This document shows positions 29,516 to 38,510 of a stretch of DNA of 64,000 bases, piece by piece. This DNA comes from an uncultured Trueperaceae bacterium (GTDB taxonomy: Bacteria > Deinococcota > Deinococci > Deinococcales > Trueperaceae). Position 1 is the stretch's first letter, and the number at the start of each line of letters is the position of its first letter. The stretch is taken from positions 96,001 through 160,000 of the forward strand of contig CAWFFU010000008.1 of assembly GCA_963815215.1 (NCBI GenBank). The letters are read 5' to 3'. Position numbers and translations under genes: made by a program. Under the pieces are notes generated by a model. It was not told the DNA's origin, made no database searches, and saw only the letters and a list, made by a program, of their open reading frames with translations.

Positions 29516-30949
29516 GCTGCGGCGCCGCGGACGGAAGCGCTGCAGCAGCGCCAGGACGAGGGCGAGCAGGATCAGCGCGCCGCCGAAACCGAGCACGATC
29601 AGATGGTCGCGCAGCGGGATCGCCCACACGTCGGCGGGCAGCGAGGTGGCCAGGTAGCGCGCGCCTGCCGCCAGGCCGCCGAGCGCCCCGAACTGCGCCA
29701 GTGACGCCTGCGGCGACGCGGTCGCCGCGTGCAGCGAGGCCAGGCGCTGGAACACGTAGCTGCCGCCCGCGGCGCCCATCGCGATCGCGATGCCGGCGTA
29801 CGCCAGCCGTTGCAGCCCCGCCGAGGTGGCGAGCAGGATGATGAAGAACAGCAGCGATAGGACACCTGCCGACCACGTCCAGGTCAGGTAGCGGCGGTTG
29901 GCCGCCGCCGAGAAGGCGTTCAACGCCGGCGCCACGCGTTCCACCTTGGTCTTCTGATCGCCGCGCGTCATCAGCGCCACGATGGCCGATGCGCCTTGCT
30001 CGTAGCTGCGCTTGGCCAACGCGTCCAGCACGGCCGAATCGGCCTGCTCACGGGTGAGGCCCGCGAGCTCCGAAGCGGGTAGCAGGCCGGCCAGGCTCTC
30101 GCTCTTCTGCTGGTCACCCTGGACGGCCGCCTTGGCTTCGGCCAGGCGCGACGCGATGGCGTCCTGGTGGCCACGGAAGAGCGTGGCGTAGAAGCTGTGG
30201 AGGCTGGCGGGCACCGAGCCCTGCAACGCCTCGTCGTAGCGTGCGCGTAGGTTGGAGTTGACCACCTTCTGTTGCGTCGGCGCCGTGCCGTCGGCGAGGA
30301 CCGAGTCGGCCAGCTTGGAGACCACCATCTCGCCGATCTGACGGTTGTTCATGGTGCGGAGCTGCGCTGGCTGGGCGTAGACGAACACGCCGACGATGGG
30401 CTGGACCGGCTGACCGGGGTGGTCGAGCGCCTGCTTGGGCCAGTCGGCAAGGCGCGAGCCGTCCTCGAGACCCGACGGCAGCATCTGGGCCCCCAGACCC
30501 GCCCGCACCAGCTCGGGCACGGTTCCCTGCAGCGCCTGCTGGAGTTGAGCCCGGATGCCCGCGTCGGTCACCAGCTTGAGCGCTGCCGGGCCGCCGCCGC
30601 GGAGGGTCTCGTCGGTCAGTACGCCGGCGATCCGGTTGATGGCCTGGTCCACCGTGAAGGAGGGCACCTCGGTCGGATCGGCGTAGACCTCCACGCCGGG
30701 CAGGAGCGTGAGCTTCTGGCCCGGCTGGTAGGCCGCGCCGGTCCGGACCGCCAGTCCGGCGTTGCCCGATCCCTCGGGCAGCAGGGTGAGCGCGAGCATC
30801 TCGTGCAGCAGTGGCAGCGCACGCGAGCGCACCGACAACTCGGCCAGGCTGAACGCCAGCGTGCCGACCGCCAGACCGAGCATCAGCAAGATGGCGCTCA
30901 GCCACTTGACGTCACGATGCCAGGCGGGGCTCCGTTCGGTTCGTAGCAT
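29507..30949 (-). CDS. Hypothetical membrane protein (1 N-terminal + 3 C-terminal TMs, repeated extracytoplasmic domain)
   Basis: GAGGAG RBS before ATG 30949, a clear hydrophobicity pattern and an internal 102-aa repeat. Confidence 0.8.
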   Translation of the reverse strand: MLRTERSPAWHRDVKWLSAILLMLGLAVGTLAFSLAELSVRSRALPLLHEMLALTLLPEGSGNAGLAVRTGAAYQPGQKLTLLPGVEVYADPTEVPSFTVDQAINRIAGVLTDETLRGGGPAALKLVTDAGIRAQLQQALQGTVPELVRAGLGAQMLPSGLEDGSRLADWPKQALDHPGQPVQPIVGVFVYAQPAQLRTMNNRQIGEMVVSKLADSVLADGTAPTQQKVVNSNLRARYDEALQGSVPASLHSFYATLFRGHQDAIASRLAEAKAAVQGDQQKSESLAGLLPASELAGLTREQADSAVLDALAKRSYEQGASAIVALMTRGDQKTKVERVAPALNAFSAAANRRYLTWTWSAGVLSLLFFIILLATSAGLQRLAYAGIAIAMGAAGGSYVFQRLASLHAATASPQASLAQFGALGGLAAGARYLATSLPADVWAIPLRDHLIVLGFGGALILLALVLALLQRFRPRRRSLL

Positions 30950-31085
30950 CGACTCCTCATCCTCGGGGTGGCCACGGGCGGCACCCCTGGCCCGCGAGCG
31001 GGCGATGGCCCAGCTTACCGTGTCGGCCCCCGACCCCGTCAGCCCGGCGGCCGACAACCGCCGGAGCGACGCGTATCCTGGAGCC

Positions 31086-32117
31086 ATGTCCGACGTCGAT
31101 CCCAAGGCCGTCACCATCGTCCCGCTGCTCGGCCCGCTCCACCTACGGCTCCCGCAGTACAACGCCGTCAGCGTGCTGCGCTCAGTCGAGGCGTTCGAAC
31201 CGACGATGCTCGCGCTCGCGCCGCTGGCGCCGGGCGAGTTGGCCGAGCCCGGCTGGCAGGACTGCCTGGAGTTGCCGTTGCCACATACTGTGGTGCCGTG
31301 GGCGCGGCGCAGCGGGACGCGGTTGGTCGAGGTCGGCAGCCGCACCGACGACGAGGGCGCCGAAGGCGACTTCCGCCGCTACCTGCAGTCGTTCGAGGGC
31401 GGTCGAGCCCTGCTGGCCTCGGTGGACGCCGAGGAGCGCCCCATCCGCGAGCTACTGGATCGCCCGCTGACGCTCGACAGCGTGCTCGACGAGCTGCTCC
31501 CCGCCGTCGAGCACTTCCAGAAGCGGCGGCGTGAGGCCTTCGGCGAGGGCCCCGGCACCGGCTGGCAGGAGCAGCGCGCCCGCGCCGCGGCCGCTGCGGT
31601 GCTGGCCTTGGAGGGCGAGCGTATCGCCGTGCTGGCCGGCGTCGACGACGTCCCTTCGTTGTCGGCCGAGCTCGCCGGGCGGGTCACGCTGCGGCGCCCG
31701 CCCGCGCCGGCGGTCGACGACGCGGTCCGGCGCCGCAGCCTGCTCGACTACGCCATGCGCGGTGAAGCGCCCGACCCCGGCGCCCTGCTGGGTCAGCTCC
31801 AGGAGATCGACGAGCCGGAGGCGCGCTACCTCGAAGCCAACCTGTTGCTACAGGTCGGCGAGGCCCAGGAGGCGCTGGAGGTGCTCGAGAACGCCAGCAC
31901 GATGGACTTCGTGGAACCGTACTACCTGCCGGGTTTCCTCCTCTCCCGTCTCGGTCAGCTCTACGACCTGGTCGGGCGGCGCGATGCCGCCCTGCGCGCC
32001 TACCGCGGCGTGCGGGCGCTCGGGTACGCCCCCGGCGAGGCGCTGGCGGCCGCCGAGGCCGGGCTCCAGCGGCCCTTCGCCCTGAGCGAGCCGGACCCGG
32101 TCTCCGCCGAGCGCTGA
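31086..32117 (+). CDS. Hypothetical protein with C-terminal TPR
   Basis: TATCCT 6 nt before ATG. ARYLEANLL...EALEVLE and RLGQLYDLVGRRDAALRAY are TPR-like helices. Confidence 0.78.
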   Translation: MSDVDPKAVTIVPLLGPLHLRLPQYNAVSVLRSVEAFEPTMLALAPLAPGELAEPGWQDCLELPLPHTVVPWARRSGTRLVEVGSRTDDEGAEGDFRRYLQSFEGGRALLASVDAEERPIRELLDRPLTLDSVLDELLPAVEHFQKRRREAFGEGPGTGWQEQRARAAAAAVLALEGERIAVLAGVDDVPSLSAELAGRVTLRRPPAPAVDDAVRRRSLLDYAMRGEAPDPGALLGQLQEIDEPEARYLEANLLLQVGEAQEALEVLENASTMDFVEPYYLPGFLLSRLGQLYDLVGRRDAALRAYRGVRALGYAPGEALAAAEAGLQRPFALSEPDPVSAER

Positions 32118-32266
32118 TCCGCCACCCGCGGCCGCTTCCGGCCCTCGGCCCTGTCGAGTACAATCGTTGCGTCCCACTCGTGGTCGTAGGCGGCAACCGG
32201 GCGGCGGGGAACGACGGTGAGGGGGGCCTCGTGCCCGGGCCCGGCACGGGGAGTTAGGGGCCGAGG

Positions 32267-33931
32267 GTGAAGCTTCGCACCGTGGTCGTGGCTGCATCGG
32301 TCGCCATCCTGATCGTGGCGGCCGCGCTCTCGTACACCGCCTCGCTGCTGGCGCTGCCGGCCGCGGCGCTGGTGCTGACGCTCACGATCGCCACCAGCGG
32401 CGCCCGCTCGCTGGGCTGGCGCCTGGCCATGCTGGGCAGCGCGTTGTGGACGGTCGAGGAGGTCATCTGGGCGTACGTGCGGCTGAGCGGCGGCCCCGAG
32501 CACATCCTGCTCACCGACCTGGCCTCCTACAGCGGCGCGGCCCTGTGGGTGGCGGCACTCATCGTCATGAGCGGGCGGCATCGACCGACGTTGCTGTCGC
32601 TGCCGTTCCTGCCCGCCCTCGGCCTGCTGGTGTGGATCGACACGCGCGACTTGCCGGTGACCCTGACCCTGCAGTTCCCGGTGGTCGACGTGCTGCTGGT
32701 CCTGGCCACCCTGCCGGCGCTGGAATCGGCGCTGCGCGGGCGGGCGTCCGAGGGGCGCCTGCTGTGGACGTTCGGCTTCTTCGTGCGGGCCCTCACGGCG
32801 GGCACCATGAGCTGGCTGTTCACGGTGCCCGGGCTCACGCACGGCTTCTTCGTGCTGTGGCTGCTCCCCTACGCGTTCGTGGCCATCGGCGTGGCCATGG
32901 AGCTCGCCGACGAGGAGTCCGGCATGTGGGCGGCCGCCATCACCATCCTGGGCCTCGAGGCGGTGTCGGGCACCATGCTGATGCTGCTGTTCCGCGGAGG
33001 CATCATCGGCCGGCCCGCCGCCGTGGCCATCGTGCTGCTCCTGGCCTACGTGCAGTTCGTGGGCATCATGCTGGTGCTGCTCTCCGACCGTCAGCGACGG
33101 ATCCGTGCCGAGCTGGAGCTGAAGGCCTGGGGGGAGATCATCGACCGCGTGGTGACGGTCGAGCCCGGCGAACTCGGTACGCTCGGCACGCTGCATGCCC
33201 TGCTGGAGGCGCTGACCGTTCGCCTGCCAGGCGTCCGCGGCGTGGAGGTGAACGCCGAGGGGCGCGTCCACGCCGGCTACCCGCACGGCTATGCCTTCCC
33301 GCTGGTGAGCAGCGGGACCGAGATCGGCCGGCTCTACTTCGACCGGCAACCGCGCGCCACGGCCGTCCTCGACGCCGTGGCCCCGTTCCTGGCCGGACGG
33401 ATCCAGCAGGCGCTCGACCAGGCGGCCTGGCGCACGCGCGCCATCACCGACCCGCTCACCGGCCTGCTCAACCGTCGCGGCTTCGAGCTCCGGGCCGCCG
33501 ACGTGGTCCGGCGGTCCCGAGAGCGAGCCAAGCCACTGTGCGTGGCGATGCTCGACCTCGATCACTTCAAGCGCGTCAACGACTACTACGACCACGCCGC
33601 CGGGGATCGCGCGCTGCGCGAGGTCGCGTCGATCCTCGGCCGCCACCTGCGCGAGGACGACGTGGCCGCTCGCTGGGGCGGCGAGGAGTTCCTCATCCTG
33701 CTCTACGACGCCGACCGCGACACCGCCGTCGAGGTGGTGCGGCGCATCCGGTCCGAGCTGCGCGCCAGGCCGCTGAGGCCGATCGCGTGGCCGCTGACAT
33801 TGTCGGTCGGGATCGCCGGGGGCAGGGCACTGTCCGGCGCGGAGGCCCTCGAAGATTGGGTACGGCAGGCCGATCGCGCGCTGATCCGGGCCAAGGAGCT
33901 CGGCCGCGACCGCATCGAGGCGTCCGCCTGA
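32267..33931 (+). CDS. Membrane-bound diguanylate cyclase
   Basis: Many TM segments, DPLTGLLNRR, DLDHFKRVND, RxxD I-site (REDD) and GGEEF. Confidence 0.92.
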   Translation: MKLRTVVVAASVAILIVAAALSYTASLLALPAAALVLTLTIATSGARSLGWRLAMLGSALWTVEEVIWAYVRLSGGPEHILLTDLASYSGAALWVAALIVMSGRHRPTLLSLPFLPALGLLVWIDTRDLPVTLTLQFPVVDVLLVLATLPALESALRGRASEGRLLWTFGFFVRALTAGTMSWLFTVPGLTHGFFVLWLLPYAFVAIGVAMELADEESGMWAAAITILGLEAVSGTMLMLLFRGGIIGRPAAVAIVLLLAYVQFVGIMLVLLSDRQRRIRAELELKAWGEIIDRVVTVEPGELGTLGTLHALLEALTVRLPGVRGVEVNAEGRVHAGYPHGYAFPLVSSGTEIGRLYFDRQPRATAVLDAVAPFLAGRIQQALDQAAWRTRAITDPLTGLLNRRGFELRAADVVRRSRERAKPLCVAMLDLDHFKRVNDYYDHAAGDRALREVASILGRHLREDDVAARWGGEEFLILLYDADRDTAVEVVRRIRSELRARPLRPIAWPLTLSVGIAGGRALSGAEALEDWVRQADRALIRAKELGRDRIEASA

Positions 33932-33992
33932 GGGCCTGCACACCTTCGCCATCGCGCGCCGCACCGCGGCCGGGCGCTATGATGAGCCACCG

Positions 33993-34331
33993 ATGCGCGA
34001 GCTGCTCTATAACGCCGCCAAGCACTTCAAACGCGGTCGTGCCCTGGCCGAGCGCGGCGACGTGCGGGGCGCGATGCTCGCGTACCGTGATGCCCTGCGC
34101 GACCTGCACGCGGTGCGCCCCCAGCGCATGCGCGACGTGTTGCTGGCACAGGTGTACCTGTCGCGCTACCAGATCGGCCGCAACGTCGACGCCGAGGCCG
34201 CCGAGAGCGACCTGCGTATGGGATACAGCTACGCCCGGACCACGCACGAGCCCACGGTCCGGCAACTCGCCGAGGAGCTGTGGCAGGACCGCCTGGGCGT
34301 CCTTCCCGATGCCGCCTCGGCCCCCGCCTAG
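33993..34331 (+). CDS. Small alpha-helical (TPR-like) hypothetical protein
   Basis: Protein-like composition, TATGAT upstream, and it fills the gap between two + strand genes. Confidence 0.7.
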   Translation: MRELLYNAAKHFKRGRALAERGDVRGAMLAYRDALRDLHAVRPQRMRDVLLAQVYLSRYQIGRNVDAEAAESDLRMGYSYARTTHEPTVRQLAEELWQDRLGVLPDAASAPA

Positions 34332-34393
34332 CCGCGCCCGACCGCAAGCACCGCCGGGGGCGACACCCGGTCCGGACGGGTAGCATGGGCCGC

Positions 34394-35563
34394 ATGACCG
34401 CCCGCTCCCTGCTCCAACTCGCCAACGCCGAGCGCGCCGCCTACCTGGCCACGCTCGAAGGCCTCGTCACGCTGGAGTCCCCTACCCGCGACAAGCTCCT
34501 GGCCGACCGGCTCGCCGACCACCTGGAGGCGCTGCTCGATCACGACGGCTGGACGGTGGAACGCCTGCCGCGCGAAGAGGTCGGCGACGTCATCGTGGCG
34601 CGCCTGGCGGCGGACGCCGGCCCTGCCACCCTGCTGCTGTGCCACTACGACACGGTGTGGCCCGCCGGCACGCTCGCGGACATGCCCTTCCGACTGGAGG
34701 GGGAGCAGGTGTACGGCCCCGGCGCCCTCGACATGAAGGCGGGCATCACCACCGCCATCCACGCCCGCCGCCTGCTCCGTGAGGCCGGCGCCGGATTGCG
34801 CGGGCCGGTCACGCTGCTCGTGACCTCCGACGAGGAGACGGGCAGCCACCACTCGCGCGCGCTGATCGAGCGCCTGGCCGACGAGCACCAGCGGGTGCTG
34901 GTGCTCGAGCCGGGGCGCGACGACGGCGCCCTGAAGATCGGGCGCAAGGGCGTGGGCCAGCTCCACCTCCACCTCACCGGCCGCAGCGCCCACGCCGGCA
35001 ACAATCCCGAGGACGGCGCCAGCGCGCTGCGGGAGCTGGCGCACCTGTTGCTCTACGTCGAGGACCAGGGCGACAGCGAGGCCGGCACCACCGTCAACGT
35101 CACCGTGGCCCGGGGCGGGACCACCGGCAACGTGATCGCCGAAGAGGCCGAGGCCGAGGTCGACCTGCGGGTGCTCGAGGCATCGGAGGCCGAGCGCGTG
35201 CAGCGCGCGCTCGCCACCTTCGAGCCGCGCGACGCCCGCGTCGCCGTTCGGATCACGGGCGGCCTCAACCGCCCGCCGCTGGAACGCACCGACGTCAACG
35301 CGGCGCTCTGGAGCGAGGCGCGCGAACTCGGCGTCGAACTCGGCCTGCAGCTCGAGGGCGCCGTGGTCGGGGGCGGGTCGGACGGCTCGTTCACGTCCGC
35401 CCGCGGCGTCGCGACGCTCGACGGGCTCGGTTCCGTGGGCGCCGGCCCGCACGCTCGACACGAGCACATCCGCGTGCCCGCCACGCTCGAGCGCCTGGCC
35501 TTGCTGGCGGCGCTGCTCGCCGACGGCGGCTCATCGGCCTCGAAGGACGCGGTGCTAGGCTGA
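34394..35563 (+). CDS. M20 family metallopeptidase (glutamate carboxypeptidase G2-like)
   Basis: CHYDTV, GPGALDMKAG, SDEETGS, LEP, RKG, AHAG, GGGSDG, DGLG and H. Confidence 0.92.
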   Translation: MTARSLLQLANAERAAYLATLEGLVTLESPTRDKLLADRLADHLEALLDHDGWTVERLPREEVGDVIVARLAADAGPATLLLCHYDTVWPAGTLADMPFRLEGEQVYGPGALDMKAGITTAIHARRLLREAGAGLRGPVTLLVTSDEETGSHHSRALIERLADEHQRVLVLEPGRDDGALKIGRKGVGQLHLHLTGRSAHAGNNPEDGASALRELAHLLLYVEDQGDSEAGTTVNVTVARGGTTGNVIAEEAEAEVDLRVLEASEAERVQRALATFEPRDARVAVRITGGLNRPPLERTDVNAALWSEARELGVELGLQLEGAVVGGGSDGSFTSARGVATLDGLGSVGAGPHARHEHIRVPATLERLALLAALLADGGSSASKDAVLG

Positions 35564-35568
35564 GCCGC

Positions 35569-37095
35569 ATGCTGGCCGTGCTCGTCGCCGCTGCGTCCGG
35601 CGCACTGTTGAGCCAGGCGTTGCCGCCGACCGGCGTGTGGCCCCTGTTCCTGGCGCTGGTGCCGCTGTTCGTGCTGGTCGCCGAGGCACCGACGGCGCGG
35701 CGCGCGTTCTGGCTGGGCGCGTCGTTCGCGCTCCCCTTCTTCGCCATCTACATCCTGTGGCTGCCCCGTAGCTTCTCGCAGCCGACCATGCTCGGGTCCT
35801 TCTTCTGGGGCGTGTTCCCGCTGCTGCTGGCCGCGCTCTGCCTCATCTGGGGCGCGGTGACGTTCCTGGCGCGCCTCCTCGGAGGCCGGGGCGCAGGCAC
35901 CTTGTGGCTGCTGCCGGGCTTCTGGGTGCTCACCGAGTGGCTCCGCACCCAGGGGTATCTGGGGTTCCCGTGGGGCACGCTGGGCTACCTGTGGCTGGGG
36001 TCTCCGGCGGCTCAGGTCGCCAGCACCGTGGGCGTGTACGGCCTGAGCCTGTTGGCCACCGCCGCCGCGGCGCTGGTGGCGGCGCCCTTCGTGAGGCCGA
36101 TGTGGGCGCCGGCACGGCGGGGACCGACCGGCGGCGCACGCTGGTTGGCGCCGGTGCTGGCCGCGGCGCTGGTGGGAGCCGCCATGCTGTGGGGCGCGGC
36201 CGACCTACGGCAGCCGCTGCCCCGGCCCGACCGCACCGCCGTGCTGGTGCAGGGCAACGTCGACCCCTTCGGTCGCGCCATCAGCCCGGCCGGCGACCTC
36301 GGCGTGCACACCGGCCTGACGATGCGGGCCGTCGCGACGCTGGGCCATCCGCCGACCTTCGTCGTGTGGCCGGAGGGCGCGGTGCTCGGCTACTCGGTCG
36401 AGGGCGCCGCCGGCGAGCCCACGCGCTCGGCGATCCAGGCGAGCGCACCGGGCAGCACCTTCATCGTCGGCGGGCGGGCGTACGACGCGGGGAGGGACTA
36501 CAACAGCGCCTACAGCCTGGCGGGCGGCGCCGTGGTCGACCGCTACGACAAGGCCTACCTGGTTCCCTTCGGCGAGCGCTGGCCCTTGTTGGAGACGGCG
36601 AAGCCGCTGTACCGGGCGATCTTCGGCCTGCTCCACCTGCCGATGCTGATCAACACCGCGGCCGGCCCCGGACCCATCCCCTTGCGCACGCCCCACGGAC
36701 CGATCGCGGCCTACATCTGCTACGAGTCGGTGTTCCCACAGGTGCAGCGGGTCATGGTGCGCGAGGGGGCGCGGGTGCTGGTCAACATCACCAACGACGC
36801 CTGGTTCTCGAAGGGCAACGGCGCCGAGCAGCACTTCATGATGGGCAACCTGCGCGCCATCGCGACGGGGCGCTACCTGCTGCGGGCGGGCAACGACGGC
36901 ATCACCGCCGTGGTCGACCCGCACGGCCGCGTGCTGCAGCGGCTCCCGCGCCACGTGGCGGCCGCCCTGACGGCACGCTTCGCGTTCCGCGACACGCTCA
37001 CGCCGTTCGTGCGCTTCGGCCGCTGGTATATCCCTGCCCTGGCCGCGCTCACCGCCCTGACGGTGCTGTCGGTGTTGGCCCGCCGGCGCGGCTGA
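35569..37095 (+). CDS. lnt: Apolipoprotein N-acyltransferase
   Basis: GFPWG, VQGN, WPE, YNS, YDK..LVPFGE, ICYE, NITNDAW, QH and GNDGIT. Confidence 0.95.
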   Translation: MLAVLVAAASGALLSQALPPTGVWPLFLALVPLFVLVAEAPTARRAFWLGASFALPFFAIYILWLPRSFSQPTMLGSFFWGVFPLLLAALCLIWGAVTFLARLLGGRGAGTLWLLPGFWVLTEWLRTQGYLGFPWGTLGYLWLGSPAAQVASTVGVYGLSLLATAAAALVAAPFVRPMWAPARRGPTGGARWLAPVLAAALVGAAMLWGAADLRQPLPRPDRTAVLVQGNVDPFGRAISPAGDLGVHTGLTMRAVATLGHPPTFVVWPEGAVLGYSVEGAAGEPTRSAIQASAPGSTFIVGGRAYDAGRDYNSAYSLAGGAVVDRYDKAYLVPFGERWPLLETAKPLYRAIFGLLHLPMLINTAAGPGPIPLRTPHGPIAAYICYESVFPQVQRVMVREGARVLVNITNDAWFSKGNGAEQHFMMGNLRAIATGRYLLRAGNDGITAVVDPHGRVLQRLPRHVAAALTARFAFRDTLTPFVRFGRWYIPALAALTALTVLSVLARRRG

Positions 37096-37159
37096 TCGAG
37101 CTGCAGCGGGACAACCACCCTTCGACGGGCGCGGTCCCCGTGCTCTATCGTGCGAAGGT

Positions 37160-38506
37160 ATGAACGTCGTCATCGTGGGCGGTGGGGAGATCGGCGCGCT
37201 GATCGCTGAATCGCTGCATCGCACCCACAACGTGACCGTCATGGACATGGAGAGCGAGCGGGAAGCGGCGTTCGAGAGCATGGACGTGCAGTTCGTGCGT
37301 GGCAACGGCGCCGACCCCAGCGACCTTCGCGTGGCCGGCGCGGACCACGCCGACGCCTTCATCGCCTGCACCACCAACGACGACGTGAACGTCCTGGCCT
37401 GCCTGGCCGCCAAGGGGTTGGCGGACGTGGAGACGATGGCCTTCGTGACCCGCCAGCGTTACGTCGACGCCTTCGCCGCGGCCGGCGCCTTCGAGACCAT
37501 CGGGCTGGCGATCGACCGGGTGCTGTGGCCGCAGCGCACCCTGGCGCATCAGATCGCCGACATCGTGAGGGTGCCGCGCGCGCTGGCCACGGCCGGCTTC
37601 GCGGGCGGGCGCCTCACCATGCTGGAGTACCGGCTCGAGCCGCACGATCCCTTCCTCGACCGCCCCCTGGGCGAGGCCGAACTCCCCGCCGGCGTGCTCG
37701 TCGCCGGAGCGATCCGGGCCGACACCTTCACCATCCCCTCCGGGACCACCATCCTGTTGGCCGGCGACAAGGTCGTGTTCATGGGCAGGGCCGACCACAT
37801 GCGCGCCCTCGAGCGCCGCTTCGCGCCGCGCCGGCGCTCGCACAACGTGGCGGTGGTGGGTGGGGGCAACGTCGGCTTCATGGTGGCCGAGCAGCTCGCC
37901 GGCGACCGCGCCAACATCACCATCATCGAGCAGAACGAAGCGCGCTGCGAGAAGCTGGCGCAGTGGCTGCCGCACGCATTGGTGCTCAAGGGCGACGGCA
38001 CCGACCTGGAGCTGCTACAACAGGAGCGCATCGAAGACGCCGACGTGATGGTCGCGGTGACCGACGACGACGGCAAGAACCTGCTGGTGTCGCTGTTGAG
38101 CAAGCAGCTCGGCATCCCCAAGGTCATCACCCGCGTCGGGCGCAGTCGAAACCGGCGTCTGTTCGAGCGCGTCGGCATCGACGCCCCCCTCACCCCGCGC
38201 GCCGCCGCCGTCCAGGAGGTGCTGAACTGGCTCCACGTCGATGAGGTCGACCACCTGGCCTCCATCGAGGACCGCGCCGAGGTGATGGAGTTGAGCTACC
38301 CGGCGGGATGTCGGGAGGGCAAGGTCCGCGATATCGGAGCCCCGCGCGACAGCCTGATCGGCGCCATCCAGCGCGATAAGACGGTATTCGTGCCGCACGG
38401 GGACACCATCGTGCGTCCGGGCGATCACCTCTTCATCGTCACCACACCGGACAACACCGGGGCCGTGGAGCGCTGGCTCGAGGCGCGCCGCGCCGCGCCG
38501 GACTGA
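37160..38506 (+). CDS. trkA: Trk potassium uptake regulatory subunit TrkA
   Basis: Two RCK_N domains (VGGGEIG, VGGGNVG), each followed by an RCK_C domain. Confidence 0.93.
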   Translation: MNVVIVGGGEIGALIAESLHRTHNVTVMDMESEREAAFESMDVQFVRGNGADPSDLRVAGADHADAFIACTTNDDVNVLACLAAKGLADVETMAFVTRQRYVDAFAAAGAFETIGLAIDRVLWPQRTLAHQIADIVRVPRALATAGFAGGRLTMLEYRLEPHDPFLDRPLGEAELPAGVLVAGAIRADTFTIPSGTTILLAGDKVVFMGRADHMRALERRFAPRRRSHNVAVVGGGNVGFMVAEQLAGDRANITIIEQNEARCEKLAQWLPHALVLKGDGTDLELLQQERIEDADVMVAVTDDDGKNLLVSLLSKQLGIPKVITRVGRSRNRRLFERVGIDAPLTPRAAAVQEVLNWLHVDEVDHLASIEDRAEVMELSYPAGCREGKVRDIGAPRDSLIGAIQRDKTVFVPHGDTIVRPGDHLFIVTTPDNTGAVERWLEARRAAPD

Positions 38507-38510
38507 GCGC

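Noticed and set aside
32160..32266. Leader of the diguanylate cyclase as a c-di-GMP riboswitch
   Set aside because: A hairpin is present (CGTGCC...GGCACG), but no GEMM-I or GEMM-II consensus elements were recognised.
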